Made by a program: the position numbers and the translations under genes
Notes under the pieces: generated by a model
Database searches by the model: none
Seen by the model: the letters and a program-made list of their open reading frames with translations, nothing else
Told to the model about the DNA's origin: nothing
Origin: an uncultured Thioalkalispiraceae bacterium
GTDB taxonomy: Bacteria > Pseudomonadota > Gammaproteobacteria > UBA6429 > Thiohalophilaceae
Reading direction: 5' to 3'
DNA: 64,000 bases
NCBI GenBank assembly: GCA_964504295.1
Contig: CAZDEC010000007.1
Location: 664 to 64,663 of the forward strand
Shown here: positions 56,275 through 63,956 of the stretch, in pieces
Position numbering within the stretch: the stretch's first letter is position 1
Layout: the number at the start of each line of letters is the position of its first letter

Positions 56275-57186
56275 TTAGGGAAACTCCAGTACCAGTACGC
56301 CAACAATAAAAATATTCAGCAGTGCTAACGGGATGCCGATTATCCAGCACCATGAAAGTAAATGCGCTTCACGAATACGTGGCATATAGCGACCGATGAG
56401 TAACATGGCCATGGTAACGGCCAGTATTTTAATTGCGCTCCATGCCCAGGGGGGTAATTCAAAGCCGAACAAATTAAATCCTTGCCAACCACCCAGGTAA
56501 AAAATAACCGTAGCGGCTGCCAGTGTAACGATCAAAACCAGTCGCCCAAGTCGGAAGATGGCCAACCGCATACCGCTGTATTCTGCTTCTATACCACCAG
56601 CGAGTTCACCTTTTGCAATCATCATGTTGAACGGCGGTAAAAATGCCAGTGCCATCGAGGCGACAAAAAATAATATAAAGCCCAGTGGTTGATAGGCAAT
56701 GTTCCACAGGTCGGCTTGTGAAACCACAATTTGTGTTGTTAATAATGATTCAGCACGCATGGCAACGGCAGTAATTGGCATTACAATCAGCATCGCATAG
56801 GCAATGAGTTGCCCCAGAAAACGCCAGCCGCCAATCATGGCATAAGCTCCATCTGGTCCCCAACCTGCCATCAGCAAAGCCACTAGAACATACACCAGTG
56901 CGGCATTAATAAATAATGCACCGGTGGCAAGGTCGGTGATGATTAAATCGGGTGTGAGCGGGATAACCGCCGCCGCCAGCACCGCCGACAAGAGTAAAAG
57001 CACCGGGCCAGCTTCATAAAAAATTTTATCTGGTTTGCGTGGGATAAACGATTCCCGCCCTAAAAAAGCAACCGCGGCAAAAAGGGGCGCACTGAGTTGG
57101 AAGCGGCCTTTGCTGATCCAGTCTTCGAGTACGGCAACAAAATAGGCGCCCAACAGTAAAAAAAATAAAATAAGAAAAGTGTTCAT
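56275..57186 (-). CDS. Complex-I NuoH/ND1 (HycD/EchB)-like subunit
   Basis: [29 protein letters not shown] matches the PFD..E.E.EL..G...EYSG block. The N-terminal ERK..Q.R.GP block of bona fide NuoH is not recognisable. Confidence 0.8.
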   Translation of the reverse strand: MNTFLILFFLLLGAYFVAVLEDWISKGRFQLSAPLFAAVAFLGRESFIPRKPDKIFYEAGPVLLLLSAVLAAAVIPLTPDLIITDLATGALFINAALVYVLVALLMAGWGPDGAYAMIGGWRFLGQLIAYAMLIVMPITAVAMRAESLLTTQIVVSQADLWNIAYQPLGFILFFVASMALAFLPPFNMMIAKGELAGGIEAEYSGMRLAIFRLGRLVLIVTLAAATVIFYLGGWQGFNLFGFELPPWAWSAIKILAVTMAMLLIGRYMPRIREAHLLSWCWIIGIPLALLNIFIVGVLVLEFP

Positions 57187-59111
57187 TGACGTATCTCCCA
57201 GGGAGATAAATCCAGTGAGCCAACCGTAACCAGCGCGTCACCGAGTTCCTGTTGATCGGTGAGTTGTTCAATGAGCGTCAGGTGTTGTGTTGAGGGTGTT
57301 TCAAGTTGTGCCGAGGTTACTTTCCCTTTATTCAGGGTTAATTGCAGAGTGGCTTGTCCGCGTGGTGTTTCAATCACGGCTTGTCCATCACCGCTGACAG
57401 TATCAGTATTATTGGTGACTGAAACCGTGGCGCTGTTCGAGATAGCTGCTTTTTGTATCAGTTCAATGCTTTGTTTGATTTCGTCCAGCCGAAGTTGCAA
57501 GCGCGCATAAACGTCACCGTTTGTTGCGGTAACCGCGGCGAATCCAAGTTCACTGTAAAGTTTGTTATTGTTTCGTGCGTCCATGTTTATTCCTGCCGCA
57601 CGTGCAACAGGGCCGAATACAGTCAGCTCTGTCTCTGTTGGCAACCTGCCTATACCCTGGCTGCGGGATTTTAATAAAGGGGTGCGTTGCAATTGTTTAG
57701 TTAAATCCTGAACGGCTTTTTTCAAATGGGTGACTTGTTGGATATTTGCCTGCATAAACGACTGCTGCAATGATGAAGCACGCTGCTTTAACCAGTCAAA
57801 ACCGGTTTGTTCTGCAAATAAGGTCAGCCAGCTTAGATGACTAACAATGCGTTCTCTTTCCAGTACAACAAGCCGGACTTTAGCCGTGCTGGTTTCAACC
57901 TTGATGCTGGCAGCATCTTCAATCGCTAAACAGGCCAGCAGCCGATAACTGTTTGGTGCAAGCGGATCCAGAGTAGTGAGTTTTTCAATAAAATCACTGG
58001 CGGGGATGGGATGACATAGTAATGACTTGTTTCCAACCAGCGTCGTCGTCTTTGCCGCAGCAACCGTATCGCCATCAAGTGTAAATGTCAGTAATAAACC
58101 CGCTGGTAAGCCCGGAAAAAAAGGTCCAAATGGTACGTCGAGCCAGTCCATAGGTAAACCATCACCGCTACGTGGCAGATTTTTGGTCACATCAATCATC
58201 GACATAAAGCCGGAATCATCGTGGTTCATACCGGATTCCATTTCAGCGTGATCATGACGGCTACTTTGAGGTTCACGTGGCTCTAAATTCATGCCGCATT
58301 CAGGGCAGGAACCGGGTTCACTTTGCACCACTTCCGGGTGCATGGGGCAAGTGTATTCAACCGCCGCATGATCCATATGTTGATGATCCTGCTGTGCTTC
58401 TATTTCACGTGGCTCTAAATTCATGCCGCATTCAGGGCAGGAACCGGGTTCACTTTGCACCACTTCCGGGTGCATGGGGCAAGTGTATTCAACCGCCGCA
58501 TGATCCGTATGTTGGGGATCATGAGAAGAATGATCGTTACTTTCCGTGTTTGGTTCAGTATGACTATGCGGAGCATTAGCCTGTACTTCACGCGGCATCA
58601 GGTTCATGCCGCATTTCGGGCAGGAGCCGGGTTCATCCTGAATTACTTCCGGGTGCATAGGGCAAACATACTCAATGCGAATTTGTAAAACCGGCGCATC
58701 AAAATCTGATACATCAGAATGAAAAGCACTCTTCGCAAGAGTTTTACGCAGTTGGTTAACTCCCTCAACAAGTTCCTGTTGTGAAAGGCCAGCGGTAATA
58801 TCAGCGGTAGGTAAGGGTAATAAATCTGTTGTTGATGTTGTCAGGTTAAACAAAACACGTGGTCGGGGCATTTGTGCATAGATCACCGCCGCTGCGTCGC
58901 GTAATGCCGCGGGCATATCACCCGCAATAAGTAAAACACTGGCGTGGCGAGGACTCGCCACAATGTTGATCCCGGCCGCTTCAATATCTAACCCGTAAGC
59001 ACGTGTGATTTCTGTCCCCGGCACAACATAGACGCCCAGATCCTGAGACATCGAAAAAGAGACTAACCGCTTTAATGCGGATATTGTTCCCTGTCGAGCA
59101 CCGGCGATCAT
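57183..59111 (-). CDS. Fusion protein: cysteine-free NuoB-like domain + three HMBD (CPMHPE...CPxCGM) heavy-metal-binding zinc ribbons + ligand-less NuoD/HycE-like domain
   Basis: B-like: [42 protein letters not shown] x3: Y(V/T)CPMHPEV(I/V)Q(D/S)EPGSCP(K/E)CGMNL(M/E)PRE. D-like: [53 protein letters not shown]...[22 protein letters not shown] upstream of ATG 59111. Confidence 0.85.
   Translation of the reverse strand: MIAGARQGTISALKRLVSFSMSQDLGVYVVPGTEITRAYGLDIEAAGINIVASPRHASVLLIAGDMPAALRDAAAVIYAQMPRPRVLFNLTTSTTDLLPLPTADITAGLSQQELVEGVNQLRKTLAKSAFHSDVSDFDAPVLQIRIEYVCPMHPEVIQDEPGSCPKCGMNLMPREVQANAPHSHTEPNTESNDHSSHDPQHTDHAAVEYTCPMHPEVVQSEPGSCPECGMNLEPREIEAQQDHQHMDHAAVEYTCPMHPEVVQSEPGSCPECGMNLEPREPQSSRHDHAEMESGMNHDDSGFMSMIDVTKNLPRSGDGLPMDWLDVPFGPFFPGLPAGLLLTFTLDGDTVAAAKTTTLVGNKSLLCHPIPASDFIEKLTTLDPLAPNSYRLLACLAIEDAASIKVETSTAKVRLVVLERERIVSHLSWLTLFAEQTGFDWLKQRASSLQQSFMQANIQQVTHLKKAVQDLTKQLQRTPLLKSRSQGIGRLPTETELTVFGPVARAAGINMDARNNNKLYSELGFAAVTATNGDVYARLQLRLDEIKQSIELIQKAAISNSATVSVTNNTDTVSGDGQAVIETPRGQATLQLTLNKGKVTSAQLETPSTQHLTLIEQLTDQQELGDALVTVGSLDLSPWEIRQ
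58272..58514. repeat. 132-bp (44-codon) near-perfect tandem duplication spanning HMBD modules 2 and 3
   Basis: The sequence from 58272 is repeated from 58404: 103 identical nt, one A/G mismatch (58375 vs 58507), then 7 more identical nt. Confidence 0.95.
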
Positions 59112-59123
59112 TTATTATCTTCC

Positions 59124-59486
59124 TTATTGTCTACGTAGCGCACCCTGACTCCAGCCGTATAACAAACCTAAAAATAAAATCGCCAGAAAAACGCCCATAT
59201 CAAGCAAGGCTACAATTCCGACCTGTTTATAAACAACCGCCCACGGATACATATATGCCATTTCCATATCAAAGGCTAAAAACAATAGGGCATAACCATA
59301 ATAACGTGCATGATAACGAACCCAGACCGGGTCGCGAGATAGTTGCCCTGCCGTTGCAGGTACATCTTTGCCAGGTTCCTGTCGCGCTTTGCCAAAACTG
59401 CGGCCAATGGCGTATATGGATAAAACAAAGCCCACGGTACCGACGACTAAAGCCAGTAATAACCCATATTGCTGCAAGCTGCTCAT
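59124..59486 (-). CDS. Complex-I NuoA/ND3-like subunit
   Basis: Three TM helices. LFLAFDMEMAYMYPWAV matches the NuoA FD(V/I)E..FL(F/Y)PWA block. First gene of the operon. Confidence 0.85.
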   Translation of the reverse strand: MSSLQQYGLLLALVVGTVGFVLSIYAIGRSFGKARQEPGKDVPATAGQLSRDPVWVRYHARYYGYALLFLAFDMEMAYMYPWAVVYKQVGIVALLDMGVFLAILFLGLLYGWSQGALRRQ

Positions 59487-59655
59487 TTTAAATATCCCCT
59501 TGTTATTTTTATATTGTATGGTGTAAATAACCTTACGAATATTAGCTTTATCTGGATGAGTTAAAATAATACTAACGGTGTACTCTGTCTAGATTGAATG
59601 ATATTTTATAGAAGGTCAATTCTTTTACTGCTTAAATGGAAATCTATCCGACTCT

Positions 59656-60840
59656 ATGTCTGTGCACCCTTCATCGAATCAAGGCAATTGTAATATAGAC
59701 GAGTCTGACACCCGCTTTAGAAATATTATTCCTGCCATGAGCACTCCACTGGCATCTATTTTTGGTAGTGGCTTTCTGGTTGTTGTTCCTATTCTGGCAA
59801 GCGCTGTTGGCCCTTATGCAATACTGGCCATGGTGGTGGTTGCCATTGTCGCTTTTTTAGTCGGTAAAATTGTTCGGCATAATATTTTATGTGCTGAGCC
59901 AGTACTGGCAAAGGGTAGTCAAAAATTTACCGTTATAATTGAACGACTTTCAGACTTTGCACTGGTGGCAGCTTATGTGGTTTCGGTATGCCTCTATATA
60001 CATATATTATCGTCTTTTGTTCTTTCCAGCTTCGAGCTGGATAATACGTTTAATAACAGTTTGATGACCTCGATAATAATAGGTGTTATCACTGTTATTG
60101 GTTTATTTGGTGGCTTAAAACCACTGGAAAATCTGGAGCGCTGGGCACTTTTTATTACGCTTATTATTCTTGCCGGGTTATTAGTTTTATTTGCAGTTTA
60201 TGATGTTAAACAGTTTTTATCGCAAGGATACTTTTCTTTACCTGAAATGCCGCAGCGAAGTGGCTGGGAAATTATTACCATTGTTGCCGGTACTTTAATC
60301 GTGGTGCAGGGCTTTGAGACAACCCGCTACCTGGGTGAAACATTTGATACGCTTACTCGTATTCGAGCTTCACGCTGGTCGCAATATTTTTCGTTGAGCG
60401 TTTACGTTATATTTGTTGCTTTAGCGATGCCTATTGTTTCGGTATTGAATGGGAATTATGCAGAAAACAGTCTGATAACGATAGCGGCAACGGCTTCTAT
60501 TTTATTACCTCTGCCGTTGATTATTGCAGCCAGCCTGTCACAGTTTTCGGCCGCGGTGGCCGATACATTGGCCGCAGCAGCTAATATGCAGGAAGCCAGT
60601 CAGCAACGCCTGAATACTCGTTGGGGGTACCTAATGGTGGGGGTATCGGCAATGGCTTTGGCATGGTCGGGGTCTACCTTTGAAATTATTACCCTAGCTT
60701 CAAGGGCCTTTGCTTTTTATTATTTACTACAGTGTCTGGTTGCCTTTAGTGTTTGCCGCAATATTCGTGAACGTATTTTATTCGGTTTTATTGCATTTAT
60801 TCTGGGCTTTGTTTTGTTGTTTGCAGTGCCTGCAGGTTAA
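59656..60840 (+). CDS. Polytopic (about 11-12 TM) permease-like membrane protein, possibly APC-superfamily-like; substrate unknown
   Basis: Hydrophobic periodicity throughout. N-terminal ...PLASIFGSGFLVVVPILA resembles the APC first-helix G-rich motif. Divergent from the nuoA-like gene. Confidence 0.65.
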   Translation: MSVHPSSNQGNCNIDESDTRFRNIIPAMSTPLASIFGSGFLVVVPILASAVGPYAILAMVVVAIVAFLVGKIVRHNILCAEPVLAKGSQKFTVIIERLSDFALVAAYVVSVCLYIHILSSFVLSSFELDNTFNNSLMTSIIIGVITVIGLFGGLKPLENLERWALFITLIILAGLLVLFAVYDVKQFLSQGYFSLPEMPQRSGWEIITIVAGTLIVVQGFETTRYLGETFDTLTRIRASRWSQYFSLSVYVIFVALAMPIVSVLNGNYAENSLITIAATASILLPLPLIIAASLSQFSAAVADTLAAAANMQEASQQRLNTRWGYLMVGVSAMALAWSGSTFEIITLASRAFAFYYLLQCLVAFSVCRNIRERILFGFIAFILGFVLLFAVPAG

Positions 60841-60843
60841 AGC

Positions 60844-60875
60844 TTGACATATGTGTTACACATAGGATGTATGCT
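60844..60875 (+). promoter_or_regulatory. Candidate MerR-family-type promoter with a dyad operator inside an over-long -35/-10 spacer
   Basis: TTGACA (60844-60849) + 20-bp spacer containing the perfect dyad TATGTGT-t-ACACATA (60850-60864) + TATGCT (60870-60875). Lies upstream of the YHS gene. Confidence 0.4.
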
Positions 60876-60997
60876 TTATTTAATGTTAAATAAAGCTAAG
60901 CTGACTTTTTAGATAGCTCGGATGAAATAAGGTGTCATCCGGGCTACGGTTAAAACAAGTTTTTTTCGTTAAATTAAATCAACAAAGGAGAGACATC

Positions 60998-61165
60998 ATG
61001 GTTACCGATCCAGTATGTGGTATGACAATTGAAGAAACTAAAGCGGCAGCGACAGAAGAGTATCAGGGCACAACCCTGTATTTTTGCTCAGATAGTTGTC
61101 ACAGTAAATTTCAGGCAAATCCGACTCAATATGTAAAGGCTGAAACGACATCTGATTCTGCGTAG
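60998..61165 (+). CDS. YHS (TRASH-type) metal-binding domain mini-protein, 55 aa
   Basis: DPVCGMTIEE......EYQGTTLYFCSDSCHSKFQANP is the YHS signature. ATG 60998 has a strong RBS (AAAGGAGAGacatcATG). The GTG 60932 extension is rejected. Confidence 0.85.
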   Translation: MVTDPVCGMTIEETKAAATEEYQGTTLYFCSDSCHSKFQANPTQYVKAETTSDSA

Positions 61166-61187
61166 TAGACAGGTTTCGATAGAATAT

Positions 61188-61236
61188 GGGCATCATTCGG
61201 AATATATATAGAATTTATCTTTCCGTTATGATGCCC
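61188..61236 (+). terminator. Long imperfect hairpin after the YHS gene (possible terminator)
   Basis: GGGCATCATTCGGAA ... TTCCGTTATGATGCCC followed by GTTTCCTT. Weak T tract. Confidence 0.35.
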
Positions 61237-61351
61237 GTTTCCTTATAGCTATATTGTTTTATCAGGCTTTTTCCAATGCTTGAAATGTAAATTATTAAAG
61301 CCCGAGACATTGTTGCCGATATCAATACCGACAACTTGGGAATGTTTTAAC

Positions 61352-62470
61352 GTGGAAAAAGCAACAACAATATTAGCGGTGGATGATGACGAAGATATCC
61401 TCAATCTTTATCGTTTACATGCCGAAGAACAGGGTTATAAAATTTTCGTTAGCAGTAGTGCCGTTAAAGCGCTGGCGATTCTTGAGCAGGATAAGGTCGA
61501 TTTAATTATTTCAGATATTTTAATGCCTGATTTAGATGGCTATGAATTTTGTCGACAAGTAAAAGAAAACCCGAAAACACAAAAAATTCCCTTTGTATTT
61601 GTTTCTGCTATGACTTCATTAGAAGAGCTGGTGACTGGCTATGGTTTGGGAGCGGATGACTATCTTACAAAACCCATTGAGCATGAACAGTTTCTTTTAA
61701 AAATTAAACATATCTTATCAGTGAGCAAAAAAAATGAAGAAGTTCAGGAACAATTAGATACTTATTATAAAACGGCTATGCAGGCCATGAATTATTCAAG
61801 TGAAATGGGTGTCATACTCGAATTTTATAAAGTTTGCGTTGCAGCGAAGTCTTTTAGAGAATTAGCAAATTATATTTTTATGACAATGAAGCAGTTAGAA
61901 CTTTATTGTTCTTTTCAGATTTATGATTTAAACGGACAGGCAATGGGTTATACGGAGCAAGGAGAGATCCCGCCACTCGAGACTGATATTATGTTACTAG
62001 CAAAAAAACAGTCTCGATTTTATGATTTTGGTGTACGGACTATTGTGAGCTACGATAACTTCTCCTTGCTTATAAAAAATATGCCGGTTGAGGATAAGGA
62101 AAAATACGGTCGATTAAAAGATATTTTAGGCACACTTTGTGATGCAATTAGCTCCCGCGTTGAGGTATTACTGACAAACGATTCTTTAATGCAAAAACAA
62201 CAGGTTGTTGAAAGTGTCAGTGTAACCATTATGGATGTTGATTCGTCTTTTTCGCAGTTACAGAAACAGAATGTAACTGCAATTGAAAATATGCTGGAAC
62301 AGATTGAAGAAGCCCTACTTATTTTGGGGTTAACTGAATTTCAGGAAGAAAATGTTCTGGGTATTGCCAAAAAATGTTTAGCTGAAACGAATAAAGCCTT
62401 TTATGAAGGCGTAGAGATTAATTGTAAGCTTGAGAAGCTTCGAGAACAGTTGAGTACAATATTGAACTGA
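61352..62470 (+). CDS. REC receiver + about 250-aa uncharacterised C-terminal domain (paralog A)
   Basis: ILAVDDDEDIL...IISDILMPDLDGYEF...FVSA...DDYLTKP. A GTG start at 61352 gives 372 aa, exactly the length of the downstream paralog, and aligns VEKATTILAVDDD with MSRKTTILAVDSD. Confidence 0.8.
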   Translation: MEKATTILAVDDDEDILNLYRLHAEEQGYKIFVSSSAVKALAILEQDKVDLIISDILMPDLDGYEFCRQVKENPKTQKIPFVFVSAMTSLEELVTGYGLGADDYLTKPIEHEQFLLKIKHILSVSKKNEEVQEQLDTYYKTAMQAMNYSSEMGVILEFYKVCVAAKSFRELANYIFMTMKQLELYCSFQIYDLNGQAMGYTEQGEIPPLETDIMLLAKKQSRFYDFGVRTIVSYDNFSLLIKNMPVEDKEKYGRLKDILGTLCDAISSRVEVLLTNDSLMQKQQVVESVSVTIMDVDSSFSQLQKQNVTAIENMLEQIEEALLILGLTEFQEENVLGIAKKCLAETNKAFYEGVEINCKLEKLREQLSTILN

Positions 62471-62568
62471 TTGGAGTCTATACGATGTCAAAATAGAATT
62501 GTTCCCCGCTAAAGTTAGCAACGTTAATGCCGCTATCAACATTAATGATTTGGAAATAATTTAGCTCT

Positions 62569-63687
62569 ATGAGTAGAAAAACAACTATTTTAGCGGTTGA
62601 CAGCGATAATGAGGTTTTGAGATTGTACCGTCAACACGCTCAGGATCAGGGCTATCAGACCGTGGTTGCGAATGATGCTGAAACAGCACTCACTATTTTG
62701 CAACAAGTGAGTGTTGAGTTGATTATATCGGATGTTCATTTCCCAGGGCTTGACGGGCATGAGTTTTGTCGTCAAGTGAAAGCAATTGATAAAACCAGAA
62801 ACATCCCTTTTATTTTCGTTTCAACCGTTACTGAACTCGATGAGTTAGTGAAAGGATATTCTTTAGGTGCGATTGATTATATTCCTAAACCGATTATTTA
62901 TGATGAACTAATATTAAAAGTTAAATCTCTGGTAAAAACGTTTCAACACAATGGTCAGGCTGTAGAACAGTTAGAGGCTCATCACAAGGTTGCCATGGAG
63001 GCAATGTCTTATTCAAGTGAGTTAGGTCAGGTACTTGAATTTTACAAAGCATGCGAAGCGTCAAAGGCATTAGACGATTTAGCTAATTTTCTGTTTGTCA
63101 CTACCAGCACTCTGGGGCTAAGCTGTTCGTTACAGATTTATTCAGACAATAATCAATCTATTGGCTATAGCCATTCGGGCTCACTTTCACCTATTGAATC
63201 AGAAATTATGCTCGCTGCGCGCAACCAGCCGCGATTTTTTGATTTTGGTAAACGCACAATCCTTAATTACAAGCGTTTTTCTTTGTTAATTAAAAATATG
63301 CCAATTGATAACCCTGAAAAATATGGTCGTATAAAAGATATTTTAGGTTCTCTTGCCGATGCGCTTGAGTCGCGTATGGATGTTTTATTATTTCGCAGTT
63401 CTGTCAAACAAAAACAAAATGTAGTGGATATGGTTGGCAATACGATGATGGACATTGATTCATCTCTTATGAATTTGCAAAAAGAAAATGTAGCCGCACT
63501 TGATGATATGATAGAAAATCTGGAGGAGGCATTATTAATACTCGGTTTAACCGAGCATCAGGAGAATAGTATTATGGATATTTCAAGAACTTGTTTAAGC
63601 CGAATTAACAATGCTTTTTATGTGGGCGTCGGAATTTCTGAAAAGCTTGAAGCATTGCGTCTGCAGTTGGCTAAGACGGTTGATTAA
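62569..63687 (+). CDS. REC receiver + about 250-aa uncharacterised C-terminal domain (paralog B)
   Basis: ILAVDSDNEVL...IISDVHFPGLDGHEF...FVST...IDYIPKP. The C-terminal domain is colinear with paralog A (LEFYK, FSLLIKNMP, EKYGRIKDILGSL, EEALLILGLTE). Confidence 0.85.
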   Translation: MSRKTTILAVDSDNEVLRLYRQHAQDQGYQTVVANDAETALTILQQVSVELIISDVHFPGLDGHEFCRQVKAIDKTRNIPFIFVSTVTELDELVKGYSLGAIDYIPKPIIYDELILKVKSLVKTFQHNGQAVEQLEAHHKVAMEAMSYSSELGQVLEFYKACEASKALDDLANFLFVTTSTLGLSCSLQIYSDNNQSIGYSHSGSLSPIESEIMLAARNQPRFFDFGKRTILNYKRFSLLIKNMPIDNPEKYGRIKDILGSLADALESRMDVLLFRSSVKQKQNVVDMVGNTMMDIDSSLMNLQKENVAALDDMIENLEEALLILGLTEHQENSIMDISRTCLSRINNAFYVGVGISEKLEALRLQLAKTVD

Positions 63688-63740
63688 ATGATGAAATAAC
63701 TTAAATATATTTTGCTGTTGCGTGTATCAATATTCTTTGC

Positions 63741-63956
63741 CTAACGATTTTTTAGTTCATCCTCATAATTCATACTTTTATTTTTTTTATTAAGCATCTG
63801 CTTGAGTTTTTCGGCTTCTTTTAAGGCTTGAAAAGCATTCGTTGTTTTCGTTTTTAGTTGGCTGTTGTTTTTATTTTTACTCATGGGAGTAAAAACAGAT
63901 TGATACAAGACGGCAACTAAAATAACCAGGCTGAGTAATAAGCTTAAAAACTTCAT
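63741..63956 (-). CDS. Small membrane-anchored/secreted Lys-rich hypothetical protein
   Basis: N-terminal hydrophobic helix MKFLSLLLSLVILVAVLY, then a low-complexity K/N-rich tail. No homology recognised. Confidence 0.35.
   Translation of the reverse strand: MKFLSLLLSLVILVAVLYQSVFTPMSKNKNNSQLKTKTTNAFQALKEAEKLKQMLNKKNKSMNYEDELKNR

Noticed and set aside
49943-56353. Numerous 60-150-aa ORFs antisense to or out of frame with amt and the nuo-like genes (for example 49943-50407, 51065-51439, 51722-52159, 54577-54942, 55799-56161, 56021-56353)
   Set aside because: These are typical shadow ORFs inside long, compositionally biased membrane-protein genes. They have low-complexity Pro/Ser/Arg-rich translations, no start context and no motifs.
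58277-58579. 100-aa plus-strand ORF with a striking internal protein repeat ([34 protein letters not shown] twice)
   Set aside because: It is the antisense shadow of the duplicated HMBD modules of the minus-strand fusion gene. The minus-strand frame has clear family motifs and operon context; this frame has none.
60932-60997. N-terminal extension of the YHS ORF (GTG 60932), and similarly 61280-61351 for the first REC paralog
   Set aside because: The GTG lies in the loop of a strong hairpin, whereas ATG 60998 has an excellent RBS. For the REC gene, GTG 61352 gives the same length and N-terminus as its paralog.
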